This document shows, piece by piece, positions 39,746 to 52,812 of a DNA stretch of 64,000 nucleotides; the stretch's first letter is position 1; each line of letters begins with the position of its first letter. The notes below the pieces were generated by a model, which saw only the letters and a list, made by a program, of their open reading frames with translations, had not been told where the DNA came from and ran no database searches. The translations under genes were made by a program, and so were the position numbers. Origin of the DNA: Hormiphora californensis (taxonomy: Eukaryota; Animalia; Ctenophora); contig CM035353.1 of NCBI GenBank assembly GCA_020137815.1, forward strand, positions 4,464,001 through 4,528,000, in the 5' to 3' direction.

Positions 39746-40155
39746 CACAAAGTTGCCACTCCAATGACCTCTCCACTAACCTTCACTCATCAACAAATCT
39801 AACAACCCGAAGAGCAATTCTTTGTTTTGGTAGATAGTGGCTTTCCCTACTAAAGTCGCGGTAACAACTAACAAATGTTCTTAGCTGTCCCAATCCGCAT
39901 AGTATTCTAGAACATTTTACAGTATATTGGTGCTACATTCAGTCCTACCCCTTATCTGTGTTCAATCGTTTTGTTTATCTTCATCTCCGATCCACTGGAA
40001 ATGCATATACCTCTCATCTCATCATCAACAACATCACGGTACCAATCATCCATCAAAATTCTGTAAGTTCACCTGTCCGTATTGTCTGTTCACAGATTGT
40101 GTAAAGTTTATATTGTGAATGTAATTTACTATTCAAAACACGGTAAACATCGGGA

Positions 40156-40313
40156 TTCCAGACCCAAACTCAAGAAATTCTCAAAGGCAAAACGTTACCT
40201 TGTTCCAGACCAAACTAAACTCAAGAAACTCTCAAAGGCAAAACGTTACCTTGATCCAGACTAAACCAAACTCAAGACTCTCTCAAAGGCAAAACGTTAC
40301 CTTGTTCCAGACT
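40156..40313. repeat. ~46-50-bp tandem repeat, ~3 copies
   Basis: ccagac..aaactcaagaaa..ctcaaaggcaaaacgttacctt repeated. Confidence 0.85.
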
Positions 40314-41677
40314 CAGAAGCTGACAGGACATAAAGCTTGCGTGAGAGTGCCCGAATACAGACCACAAACAGTTAGAATACCAGAGAAATTTTGTTTGATT
40401 TTGGTGTAATTTTGAGCGTGATATTTTAGCTACTATCTTTCATGCAGACCACAGACTTTATGACAGGTTGCAACACCGTTCTGTCGTGCGGCAGAGTTTG
40501 GTACGCTATAACCTAGAGCCACACACACACACACACACAAAGAACAAAAACAAATAATACGTCACAAATGTTCAGAGGCTATCTCAATCCAAGATAAACC
40601 TCTCAATTGAACCTCTTCATGCTCGGATCAAAAACTCAACAAAAGAAGAAGAACTCTCTTCCTCAATCCCCGGTTTTAGTAGGGATTTGTTGGGAACTCT
40701 TCCCCCTTACTCAACAAGTAGGGATTGAGTGTGTACTGCGTGAGGGGTCAATCAGAGGAAAGCTCCTATGATTGGTTGGTTTATTTGGCGGTCTAATAAC
40801 TGCCGACAATTAGGGGGAAGTTTTCTATTTCAATGATGCTCATGAATTTACAGACTAGTCCTGCAGCCGGCAGCCCGCTGGTAGTACCAGCCTGGTAGAG
40901 ATACCACAGTGAAATGTCCACAATATCATCTGGTCAACATTTATAAATTCAAATAGTCTCGGGATTTGTCAAACGTTCTGATGATGTGACACACACACAA
41001 ATTTAGCAACTGAAAATCAGACTCTGGTTCAGAGTTTAAAGTTTAAACTTTGAAGCAGAGTCTGATTTTGACAGATCAGTGACAGTGTTTTTAAATTAAA
41101 AAACATTGTCACTCTGACACTTAAACGCTCCGGTGAATATATTGCCGAGAGGGTGGGTTGTGCATGATAGAATGATAATTACCGATTTTAACCGTTCCAA
41201 TAAATACAAACTGAAACAAACAGTTCATGGTACAACGGCGGGATAAATCCCACCCTCAATATACTTTAAATCGCACCTGTAAATAAACAAATCATCATTG
41301 TTCATGAAGATCACTCTACTTCCTATGATTCTCCAGCCCCAGTGTGTCGAGGTAGGTGGTTTAGAGCAATGTGGACTGGGAGAAATATCTGACCATGGGG
41401 TATAATTGTCTCTATTCTTTTTTATCGGTGTAACGTACAGAAAGGGTACTTTCAGCTCTAGCCCATCGCCTCCTCCAACGCCTCCTTCATTCGCATTGTC
41501 TAATGTCTGCTTCATAAACATACGTGGGGCTTACGAATGGAGGAGGTGTTGGAGGAGGCAGTGGGGTAGGGCTGAAGGTGGCGGCAGCAGGAACTGTGTA
41601 CGGCCACGGAGGAAGGAAGAAACACGGCGGAGGAGGACTCGTTATCACCGTCACGTTCTGAAAATGATATTGATTTA

Positions 41678-42041
41678 GGCGATAAATGTTAACCAGATCT
41701 GTGAGAATTTCGCACGTTTTTGCCCATAGCTCAGCCATTTCTTGACCAATTTGCAAAATCTTTGGCTCATTGGAAAGAGGACATTGAGATCTTTGAAATG
41801 AGCTCAAGAAAATGAAAATTGGCGCAAATTGCGCGGCGTGGTGGCGAAAACGCGCACTTTGCGCCATGACGCCGCGCATTTTGCACCGATTTTAGTTTTG
41901 TTGGGCTCATTTGAAAGAGCTCAATGTCCTCTTTCCAACGCGCCCAAGATTTTGCAAATTGGTCAAGAAATGACTGAGTTATGGACAAAAACGTGGTTTT
42001 GCACGTACGTTTTCTCTCAGATCTGGTTAACATTTACCGCC
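41678..42041. mobile_element. 364-bp palindromic MITE at a TA site
   Basis: ta|ggcgataaatgttaaccagatctg ... cagatctggttaacatttaccgcc|ta; arms complementary along most of the length; related internal motif at ~33925-34010. Confidence 0.85.
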
Positions 42042-43479
42042 TAACTAGGAATTAGGAATATAGCATATTGGGAGGAGGAGGAGGGAGGGAATTGAAAGTT
42101 AGCACGTATAACTGATGGTAATCGTGTAGCACTCATGGGAGTGGGTACCTGTAGCGCAACACTATGTCCTCTGACAGTAAACGGCGACGGGTATCAGTAG
42201 TTCGGGCACAGGAGCGGCTGGAGGCGCGGGTGGAGGAGCGGGAGAGGCAGCGGCCAGAGGTAGTGCAGGAGGATGAGGGGGAGCAGCCAGTCATAGACAT
42301 GGTGGGGGCACCCGTTGGGTGGGGCGGACGAACCCAGGTCAGGGCCTCATGAGTGTGCACGTCGGGGGTGTAGGGAGCTCTGGGATTCGGGGGTAGGGCA
42401 TTATGGGGGCCAGGTTATGTTACTTTTGTTGGGAGGATTTGGAGGGGGTAGATGTCAGGGTGGATCGGGCCATTTTGGATATAGAGGGATATAGTAACCC
42501 ATATAGGGCTGGGAGGGGATATTGGATCGGGCACGGGGTGGGTTGGAATCCCAGAGGCATCGGGTGGCGGCGGCCAACCATTACTGGGTGAGAGGGGAAA
42601 TGGGGGCCACAGAACTCATCGCCGCGGTGGATTTTGGGCAGGGGGCTTTAGTGAAGCTGACTCGGTGGGCCATCAGTTTTGGGTACAAACGGGCGGCTTT
42701 AATATCTAGGGTGGACGTACCAGAGTATGTGGGGTTACACCCCTTTGTTTCCCCTCTTTCGCACTAGCCAGATCTATATTATATACGATTTATTAGTTTT
42801 AAAAGGGTTTGTGTGTGAGTGCCATTATAGTGCTGTGACCAGGATCAATCCTACTACTAATGGACACGGCAGACCAATAAAATACCAGGGGCACAACCAC
42901 GTTTGAGGGTTGGCCTCGGTATAAAGAAGTGATTTTATTTAGAAGAGAGCTGTTGTTACTGTACGTTCTGTGCTGATTATTACCATTACTTAAAGTTCGT
43001 AGCTTCAAGTTACAAAAGAAAGCCCTGAAGTTATAAGTTTACCTACTAAAACAAGTGTTCACAAACTACAATCATCTGGTTATTGCGGTCAACTCACAAT
43101 TGGCAATGTCACCATTAGAACTAGAAAGCGACACTCTCTTAGCTGGCTTAGAACCAACCCCAGCACAGAGCTATCGTATTTGAGGGATATTTGTAATTGT
43201 TCCTTTTATTCTTGTGTATCTTGAAAAAAAAAAATTGATTTGTGTTTTACTCTCTCAGTGGTTTTATCTCCCTCCCCCCCTTTAAATGTATTCTTCCCCC
43301 TAGCTTGTCGTGTAATCTTTCAGCTGATCTAATATTCTCTCTCTCTCCCACTGAATACCAGTCAGACCAAGCGGGCATCGGCGGTGGCGGTGGCGGAGGC
43401 GTGGGAGGAGGAGGAGGAGGTTGGCAGTTGGGTAGCGGAATTGGAGGAGGTTGGGCAGGTGACGTGGACGCATGGGAGG

Positions 43480-43960
43480 GCTATCGTAAGGCCGCCAAGA
43501 TCTCCACAGAAGATGCGCGCGAAATATTTCCTACTTACTTAGACGAAGTGTCATCTTTGAAAGTACGGGGAGACAAGAAAGCGTCCGAGGCTAAATCGTG
43601 GGCGGCATACCTGGAGCGGGTAGTGCTAGTACTAGCACCTCCCGATTTGAAAGTGGTGGCTATTTCACGTTTCCGGGCACTAAAGCAACAGCTGGAGGAG
43701 ACGGTTAGGGATTTTGGGGATCGGCTACTCAGGGAGGCATCGGATTTGGGGGACGTGGAGGGCCCGGAGTTGGAGCAGCTCCTGAAGGACACGTTCTGGA
43801 TCGGCGTCAGGGACGATAAAATTGCTTGCGAGATAGCCGAAAAACTGGAGAGGGACTCCTTTACGGACCTTGTGGAAAACATGGATCGTAAGCAGAAGGC
43901 TTTGACGGCACGGAACGATGTAACCGGCCTGAATGAGGTCACAGTACTGGCGGCAAGTCA
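43480..43960 (+). pseudogene. LTR-retrotransposon gag (capsid) fragment
   Basis: AISRFRALKQQLEETVRDFGDRL...LKDTFWIGVRDDKI: F-x-x-L-K-Q..ETV..F..RL major-homology-like motif of retrotransposon gag. Confidence 0.8.
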
Positions 43961-45592
43961 AGGGGCGTCACAGGCACACCCGGGAGGAGCACCAGCGCTA
44001 CAGGCATGCATGATGGATCTCGCCAGACCGGGGACAGGCAGCACAGACCATGGGAGGGCCAGCCTAGACAGTGGGAAGGGCAGAACAGAGGATACAACGG
44101 TCGGCGGTTCGAGACAAAACTACAAGTGCTCGCTAGTGCTACTATGAATACCAGTCAGACCAAGCGGGCATCGGCGGTGGCGGAAGCGTGGGAGGAAGAG
44201 GTTGGCAGAATTGTGCAGCGGAATTGGAAGGTTCGATCAGGTAGTGGAGGTGGAGGCGGTGGGCGGTCAGGCGGCGGAGGGTAGTTGGGTGGAGGAGTTG
44301 GAGGAGGTTAGCCAGGGGATGGAGGGGCCGGATGGACAGGAGGAGGGGTGTGGGGTTACACCCCTCCTTTTTACAAAAGGAGATAAAAAGAAGAAAAAAA
44401 AGGAAGCCTGTACAGAAGAAGAGCAATGAGACCATGCAGTCGATCATAGCACAGAACCAGGTACTGATTCAATTGGAAAAGGAAAAATTGGAACAGCTCA
44501 ACAGACTCGTCAATGTGCTTATAACAAATTCAAAGAGCAAGAAGAGGAGGAGATCTAAAAGTTTAGTACGGTTCGTGGAGGACCCCCCCCCCTCCTAATT
44601 GGTATCTGGGCCCAGATACCAATTAGGAGCAGCCACGTGTGAGGGTTTGTCCTGGGTATATAAGAAGTTATTATATTTAGAAAGGTGTACTGGTGTGACT
44701 GTTCTGTGCTTCTATTTCGAAGTTACAAAGTTAGCCCTGAAGTTCTAAGATTCCCTACTTCTATAACAGTGCTCACAGCCTACAATCATCTCAAGTCTAT
44801 CTATACATTGGTTATTGTGGGAAGTCACAAGGCAATGTCACTATTAGGATTAGATAGCGACACAACTCTCTTAGCTGGCCTAGACGCCTACCCAGCAGGG
44901 GCAGGTGGAGGACTGGGTGGCGGAGGAAAGGCGGCTAGGGGGGAGTTTGGCGGCTTTGAGGTTGGAGGAGGAGACGAGGAGGAGCAAGGCGGAGGGGCTA
45001 ATGAGGGCGAGGGGAGAGGATTCAGGCAGAGGAAAGGGAGAGGAGGCTGGCGGAGGCACGGAGGCGGTGAGGGAGGCCAGGATGAGGAGGGAGGGGCGGA
45101 GAATGGCCACCAATGACAGATGGCTAAGGTTCATGCAGAGGCGCGAGCTGGCAGATAGCAGGGAAACAATTGCATGGGACCATGAAGCCTTCGGCAGGTA
45201 CAATCAGAAACCCCCCCCCCCCCGGGTACAGCATATGATCGAATGTACCCGGTGCCTGACCTATGGTACACGTTTCTTTTTACGCTAAATATTTTTGAGA
45301 CGGGTTACGATGATACGACAATTATACGAGCATTAAACCTAATAATAATCGGATTGGTGTTGGTAAGTTTGAACCTGTTAAAATATATATGCTAACCATC
45401 ACCAATTAATTGTAATTAATTGAAAGTTATAATGAATAATTAACACATATCACATGGTGTGACGTCATGGATCACGTGATCTGCAGTTGAGTGCAGTCAT
45501 GTGACGTCATAAATCACGTGACTAAAACCGTGTAATGAGCGCAGTCACGTGATTGCGCTCATTACACGGTTTTCCAACTTCTCATTTATGTT

Positions 45593-45820
45593 TAGGAACC
45601 GGTGATTCTTCAAGATTTCTTCAAAATCGAGATTTATATCCTTAGTTATTGCATAGAGATCGAACAAGAATTGCCGGTTCCTATGTATTAGATGTTAAAA
45701 TAGGAACCGGTGATTCTTCAAGATTTCTTCAAAATCGAGATTTATATCCTTAGTTATTGCATAGAGATCGAACAAGAATTGCCGGTTCCTATGTATTAGA
45801 TGTTAAAATATATATCTTTA
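45593..45820. repeat. 108-bp exact tandem duplication, each unit with a terminal inverted repeat
   Basis: taggaaccggtgattc...ccggttcctatgtattagatgttaaaa at 45593 and 45701. Confidence 0.9.
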
Positions 45821-47637
45821 CTAGATTTAAGGATATGGAGGATTCGGGTAGTACCGGGTTGGTGCCACCTGTTATAGGAGAAAGAAGTTCTGGGGATGAA
45901 GGTCGAGGATATATCCTCACTCTCTGTCATCATGAGTGAAGCGGGCAAATTTACATATTTTGTTCTATGGAAACAATATATTGTATGGTTCAGGCGCATA
46001 TAGTATGGTTCAGGCGCATAGGAAGGTAATGCAGCACCCGTTTGACAATGAAGTCACCTATCGAAACCTATCCTGGAAACCTCCTGAACTAAGCGCAGTC
46101 TTAACTAGGACCCAGCTGTGGCAAGCAAAAATACAGAGAGATCGCTCGAATATTACCCTGCTCTCACAATATTGGTGGAACACCAAAAAGTGGTATTGAA
46201 ATCAGACTATGAAGTTGGTTTTCTTGGATTGCCGATCTCGAAACGCAAGTTCATGGAAATAATTGGATGGATAAGTTTAACGTCCACGGTGATAATGGTG
46301 ATAATGTACTGTAATGGACCTGGACATGGTAAGCTGTGATAATATAGCTGTACGTGTGTATGTAAGCTGGCGAGGTGCCTATATGTGGCTCACACCATGC
46401 GAGGCCGCCGAGGAGGCCCTAGCGGTGAGTTTTATTTTCCTGTCTATAATTATATGTCAGCTATTAGAATCATTTCGTTGGTAGACGCATTTGAGGTTGG
46501 AGGAGGAGGCGAGGAGGAACAAGGCGGAGGGGCTAATGAGGGCGAGGGGAGAGGATTGAGGCGGATGAGAGGGAGAGGGGGCACGGAGGAGGCGGGCGGT
46601 GAGGGAGGCCAGGATGAGGAGGGAGGGGCGGAGAATGGCCACCAATGACAGATGGCTGAGGTTCATGCAAAGACGTGAACTTGCCGACAGCAATAGAAAA
46701 CAATCGGTAAGATTTGTGTGATAAAGGTATTATAAAAGTAAGTTTATTCCCATCTGTTACCAACTATGAATTGCTGTGAATGCCATGATTGGAAAGAGGA
46801 CTATAGCTAGGATTTTGATTGAATGCAGAGAGAGATATAGAAAACAATTGTGAGATTTGCGTGAGAAAGGTAATATAAAAGCACCCCTCATGGCCATCAG
46901 TAACCAACCATGGAGTGTTGCGACTGTTTCCTAAACGTCGGAGAGTTTATCAACATAAACGCCATATGTTATTGGGCTGCGTATTGTGACAGCGTTGCCA
47001 TACACGTGTTTATACCATGGCGTGAGGAATTTTTATTCCTCACGCCATGTGAAGTTGCCCGAATGGCATTAAACGTAAGTTCGTCATCTATAGTATTTTC
47101 TATTCATTGACTGCCTTTAACGGATACTATTATTATAATATTGTACGGTTTGTACCTGTGGCATTGCATCACATGTACATGTGAGAAAGATTTGTAATCC
47201 ATGCACTGGCATGCGAGCAGTGAATTGACTGAATTGAAACGTTGATTGACAGAGAATTGTGTCTGAAAGTTAACAGTTAGAAAGTGAACAGTTAGAAAGT
47301 GAACAGTTAGCAAGTGAGGAAGTGATAATGATGAGTGAAAAGGAATGAAGTGAATTGATAAGCGAGACAAGATATGACAGACAAGAAGTGTAAAATGAAC
47401 TGATTGGCCAAAGCCTGAAACTCGAGTAATACTAATTTGTAAATATAATACATGGGACAACTGATCCACCCTCAAGTTGCGCAAATATTCCTCAGTTGCC
47501 CCCTCCCTCTTTTGTGTAAACATAGTGCTTTGTGAGAACACCAACCGCCCGGTGTTGAGTGTGCAAGTGAGGAACGAACCTGCCCGTTTTGCTTAATTTT
47601 AGTTTAGAATATAACAGTAACACTCGTTTCCGGTAGC

Positions 47638-47940
47638 ATGAATGCACTCACCTGTCCCGTCTGCCTGGAAAGAGCCTCACCACCCACCTATGCTTGTGAT
47701 CTGGCCGGCCACATGGTATGCGGAAAATGTACACAGAGTATATCGGAGACCTGCCCAGTGTGCCGCGGACCGTTCTCGAAGAGGAGGAATGTAGCGTTCG
47801 ATAGCCTGTGCAGCATAATGAAGTCAACCTGTAAATATGAATGTGGACTCGAGAACACCGTGAACAATTTAATGGAACATGAGGAATACTGTACCGAAAA
47901 GCCCTTCTCGTGCCCTGTCTGTAGGGAGCCCATGGACAGC
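47638..47940 (+). pseudogene. SINA/SIAH-like RING plus zinc-finger coding segment, open but 3'-truncated
   Basis: MNALTCPVCLERASPPTYACDLAGHMVCGKC..CPVCRGPFSKRRNVAFDSLCS..CKYECG..LMEHEEYCTEKPFSCPVC. Confidence 0.85.
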
Positions 47941-47943
47941 GCT

Positions 47944-48136
47944 CATGACGAACAGCGGAGGCGACTACATCCTAGTCGATATCCAGGGAGTGGGTGTGGT
48001 CCTGACTGATCTCCAGGTTGCATCACCACATGGTGAATTTTTAGCCGGCAACTTTGGGGAAGAGGCGATGGAAAACTTTTTCCAATGGCACACATGCGGA
48101 GATTTTTGCGGGAAAGCTAACCTCCAAAAGAAGTAG
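47944..48136 (+). pseudogene. Alpha-kinase (eEF2K/MHCK-type) C-terminal fragment; second piece at 48520-48622
   Basis: SGGDYILVDIQGVGVVLTDLQV..FLAGNFGEEAMENFFQWHTCGDFC and ALVHWSHEISGGDYILVDIQG match the alpha-kinase DxQG...TD...GN-x-G...H-x-C...C motifs. Confidence 0.88.
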
Positions 48137-48632
48137 TTTGGATATGGAGAAGAAGTTAGAAGATTGATCATATAACATATTGTTTAGAGAAATATTTGCG
48201 AGACTTACGAGCTAATGTTTGCCTGTCGTAATCTGTTTCATATAGAGAAGTAATTGCAAAATGATCAAAAGGGTTGGAAGGAAGGTAAAGTGTCAACCTC
48301 CTAGGTTGGCAGAATCCCTTTATTAATTAATTAATTGAAAGTTATAATGAAAAAAATCCATCGGAGGACGACGACGGGGATGGGGGCATTTAGAGTGACG
48401 AGAAAGTATCATACAGACAACAGGGTGATGCCTGGAAGGTTATCAACAACAACGGCTCCCGGATTTACCAGGATAGAATTAAACCCAGAGTACCCCCTCC
48501 TGATGCCCCGTTTGATATGGATGAGCTTGAGGCCCTCGTTCATTGGTCCCATGAGATAAGCGGAGGCGACTACATCCTAGTCGATATCCAGGGAGTGGGT
48601 GTGGTCCTGACTGATCTCCAGGGTTGTAAAAT

Positions 48633-48732
48633 NNNNNNNNNNNNNNNNNNNNNNNNNNNNNNNNNNNNNNNNNNNNNNNNNNNNNNNNNNNNNNNNNNNN
48701 NNNNNNNNNNNNNNNNNNNNNNNNNNNNNNNN
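48633..48732. other. Assembly gap (100 N)
   Basis: Run of N. Confidence 1.
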
Positions 48733-51600
48733 GGCTTCAAAACTTTCACTCTAAAAATATCTATGGTTTTATGGTTACCTCGACCAAAACGCGGAGTTTT
48801 TACGTCAGCCGACCCGAAACCGGATTAAATTTTGCCACCCGCTGGTCTCAGGGCCTCCAAATACGTCAAAATATGTCTGAATTGTCATTTGGGGTCATTT
48901 AGACCTTTTAATTACATGTAATTACCCTTTAATTACATGTAATTACATTTTAATTACATGTAATAACTTCCAATTACATTCCAATTACTTCAGCACCTCG
49001 AGAGCTTTCGAACGCACCCTAGAACACCGTTCTACTCCTTCTAATTGCCGAGTTCTGTATACCCCTTATTTTGACTGTTTTTCGCGTCCTACCCCTTATA
49101 GGTTTGGGTATGGCCATCGCCACACCCCCTATACGTCGCGGGACCTCGAGACCTTTCCAACGAGCCATAGAACACCTCTCTACTACTTCAGGGGGCTTCA
49201 AAACTTTCACTCTAAAAATATCTATGGTTATGGTTATGGTTTATTTACGTCAGCCGACCCGAAACCGGATTAAATTTGGCCACCCGCTGGTCTCAGGGCC
49301 TCAAAATATGTCAAAATATGCCTGAATTGTCATTTGGGGTCATTTAGACCTTTTAATTACATGTAACTACCCTTTAATTACATGTAATTACATTTTAATT
49401 ACATGTAGTTACTTCCAATTACATTCCAATTACTTCAGTACCTCGAGAGCTTTCGAACGCACCCTAGAACACCTTTCTACTGCTTCTAATTGCCGAGTTC
49501 TGTATACCCCTTATTTTGACTGTTTTTCGCGTCCTACCCCTTATAGGTTTGGGTATGGCCATCGCCACACCCCCTATACGTCGCGGGACCTTGAGACCTT
49601 TCCAACGAGCCATAGAACTGCACCTCTCTACTACTTCAGGGGGCTTCAAAACTTTCACTCTAAAAATATCTATGGTTTATGGTTTATGGTTTTATGGTTA
49701 CCTCGACCAAAACGCGGAGTTTTTACGTCAGCCGACCCGAAACCGGATTAAATTTGGCCACCCGCTGGTCTCAGGACCTCAAAATATGTCAAAATATGTT
49801 TAAATTATCATTTGGGATCATGCAGACCTTTTAATTACATGTAATTACCCTTTAATTACATGTAATTACATTTTAATTACATGTAATTACTTCCAATTAC
49901 ATTCCAATTACTTTAGCACCTCGAGAGCTTTCGAACGCACCCTAGAACACCTTTCTACTCCTTCCAATTGCCGAGTTCTGTATACCCCTTATTTTGACTG
50001 TTTTTCGCGTCCTACCCCTTATAGGTTTGGGTATGGTCATCGCCGCACCCCCTATACGTCGCGGGACCTCGAGACCTTTCCAACGAGCCATAGAACACCT
50101 CTCTACTACTTCAGGGGGCTTCAAAACTTTCACTCTAAAAATATCTATGGTTTATGGTTATGGTTTATGGTTACCTCGACCAAAACGCGGAGTTTTTACG
50201 TCAGCCGACCCGAAACCGGATTAAATTTGGCCACCCGCTGGTCTCAGGGCCTCCAAATATGTCAAAATATGTCTGAATTGTCATTTGGGATCATGCAGAC
50301 CTTTCAATTACATGTAATTACCCTTTAATTACATGTAATTACGCTTTAATTACATGTAATTACTTCCAATTACATTCCAATTACTTCAGCACCTCGAGAG
50401 CTTTCGAACGCACCCTAGAACACCTTTCTACTCCTTCCAATTGCCGAGTTCTGTATACCCCTTATTTTGACTGTTTTTCGCGTCCTACCCCTTATAGGTT
50501 TGGGTATGGCCATCGCCACACCCCCTATACGTCGCGGGACCTCGAGACCTTTCCAACGAGCCATAGAACACCTCTCTACTACTTCAGGGGGCTTCAAAAC
50601 TTTCACTCTAAAAATATCTATGGTTTATGGTTTATGGTTTACCAAAACGCGGAGTTTTTACGTCAGCCGACCCGAAACCTAATTAAATTTGGCCACCCGC
50701 TGGTCTCAGGGCCTCCAAATATGTCAAAATATGTCTAAATTGTCATTTGGGGTCATTTAGACCTTTTAATTACATGTAATTACCCTTTAATTACATGTAA
50801 TTACATTTTAATTACATGTAATTACTTCCAATTACATTCCAATTACTTCAGCACCTCGAGAGCTTTCGAACGCACCCTAGAACACCTTTCTACTCCTTCT
50901 AATTGCCGAGTTCTGTATACCCCTTATTTTGACTGTTTTTCGCGTCCTACCCCTTATAGGTTTGGGTATGGCCATCGCCACACCCCCTATACGTCGCGGG
51001 ACCTCGAGACCTTTCCAACGAGCCATAGAACACCTCTCTACTACTTCAGGGGGCTTCAAAACTTTCACTCTAAAAATATCTATGGTTATGGTTTTATGGT
51101 TTTATGGTTACTCGACCAAAACGCGGAGTTTTTACGTCAGCCGACCCGAAACCGGATTAAATTTTGCCACTCGCTGGTCTCAGGGCCTCCAAATATGTCA
51201 AAATATGTCTGAATTGTCATTTGGGGTCATTTAGACCTTTTAATTACATGTAATTACCGTTTAATTACATGTAATTACATTTTAATTACATGTAATTACT
51301 TCCAATTACATTCCAATTACTTTAGGACCTCGAGAGCTTTCGAACGAACCCTAGAACACCTTTCTACTCCTTCTAATTGCCGAGTTCTGTATACCCCTTA
51401 TTTTGACTGTTTTTCGCGTCCTACCCCTTATAGGTTTAGGTATGGCCATCACCACACCCCCTATACGTCGCGGGACCTCGAGACCTTTCCAACGAGCCAT
51501 AGAACACCTCTCTACTACTTCAGGGGGCTTCAAAACTTTCACTCTAAAAATATCTATGGTTTTATGGTTTTATGGTTATGGTTTTATGGTTTTATGGTTT
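48733..51600. repeat. Tandem array, 445-478-bp unit, at least 6 copies, with variable (TTATGG)n and (AATTACATGT)n sub-repeats
   Basis: ctagaacacc anchor at 49019, 49464, 49942, 50415, 50877, 51351. Confidence 0.95.
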
Positions 51601-52146
51601 TTTTTCATCTGGTATTAAGGGCCTGTCGGCTCGGCCCCGTTGTTTTAGTTTTAGGGGGGATGTTTTAGGGGGGATGGGTTGAGTTTGGGTTATATTCGGG
51701 TCGGGGGGCCTTACCAGGCCCCGAATGGTTTATGGTTTTTTTTTCATCTGGTATTAAGGGCCTGTCGGCTCGGCCCCGTTGTTTTAGTTTTAGGGGGATG
51801 TTTTAGGGGGGATGGGTTGAGTTTGGGTTATTTTCGGGTCGGGGGGCCTTGCCAGGCCCCGAATGGTTATGGTTATGGTTATGGTTTTTTTTTCATCTGG
51901 TATTAAGGGCCTGTCGGCTCGGCCCCGTTGTTTTAGTTTTAGGGGGGATGTTTTAGTGGGGATGGGTTGAGTTTGGGTTATATTCGGGTCGGGGGGCCTT
52001 GCCAGGCCCCGAATGGTTTTTTTTTCATCTGGTATTAAGGGCCTGTCGGCTCGGCCCCGTTGTTTTAGTTTTAGGGGGGATGTTTTAGGGGGGATGGGTT
52101 GAGTTTGGGTTATATTCGGGTCGGGGGGCCTTGCCAGGCCCCGAAT
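51600..52146. repeat. Tandem array of ~130-150-bp G/T-rich unit, 4 copies, followed by (TA)n
   Basis: ttttcatctggtattaagggcctgtcggctcggcccc... repeated 4 times. Confidence 0.92.
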
Positions 52147-52812
52147 TATATATAGATATATATATATATATATATAGACGCTTCACTGTGTAACACTTGT
52201 AGCCCAAACCATCCTAGCTAGAAACTTGAACCGAGTTTTATCCGTTAGCAAATCGTTCGGGGCATGCATTAGTTCAGGTTTCGAGTGAAAATGTCCACTA
52301 TGACGGGCGTAATGACGTCAGAAAGTGACGTCATTGAAAAATCTCAGACTAAATATTTTCAAACGCCTCTGACACCCTCAAGACGTATTTTGATTCCTGA
52401 TTTGACTAAAAATCGTTAGTGGCAAATTGTCTGAACTTTCAGATACTCTATCACGATTTTCTTTAACTTGTCATTTTTAGACCTTAAAACGCGTCGGAAC
52501 TCAAAAATTTAATGTGAAAATCCACATAAAAGCTCACATTTCGTGCAATAACTTCAGTTCTTGACTACCATGGCCTTTAAAACTTTTCACACGTTTAGTG
52601 CTTCATTGGCCGAATAGTCTGTCATAATTTTTTACGTCGTCGTGACGTCACGTGTGACGTCACGACGTCAAAACGACGTCGAATTTTGAAAATTTCGTCA
52701 AATCAGTTTCCTACAACCCAGGATACATTTGAATTACATTTGAACACTTTAGTTGACAATTAGCTTAGTTGTTTGAGGTCATAAATGACCTCAAACGACC
52801 AAAAAAAGAGTA

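Noticed and set aside
41225-41521. Minus-strand 98-aa ORF as a counter-example to the strand bias
   Set aside because: No recognisable motif, so it cannot be called coding; it should still be included in the proposed homology search
43242-44147. Intact 301-aa gene
   Set aside because: Non-ATG start; the N-terminal part is low-complexity sequence duplicated at ~44145; only the middle is gag-like
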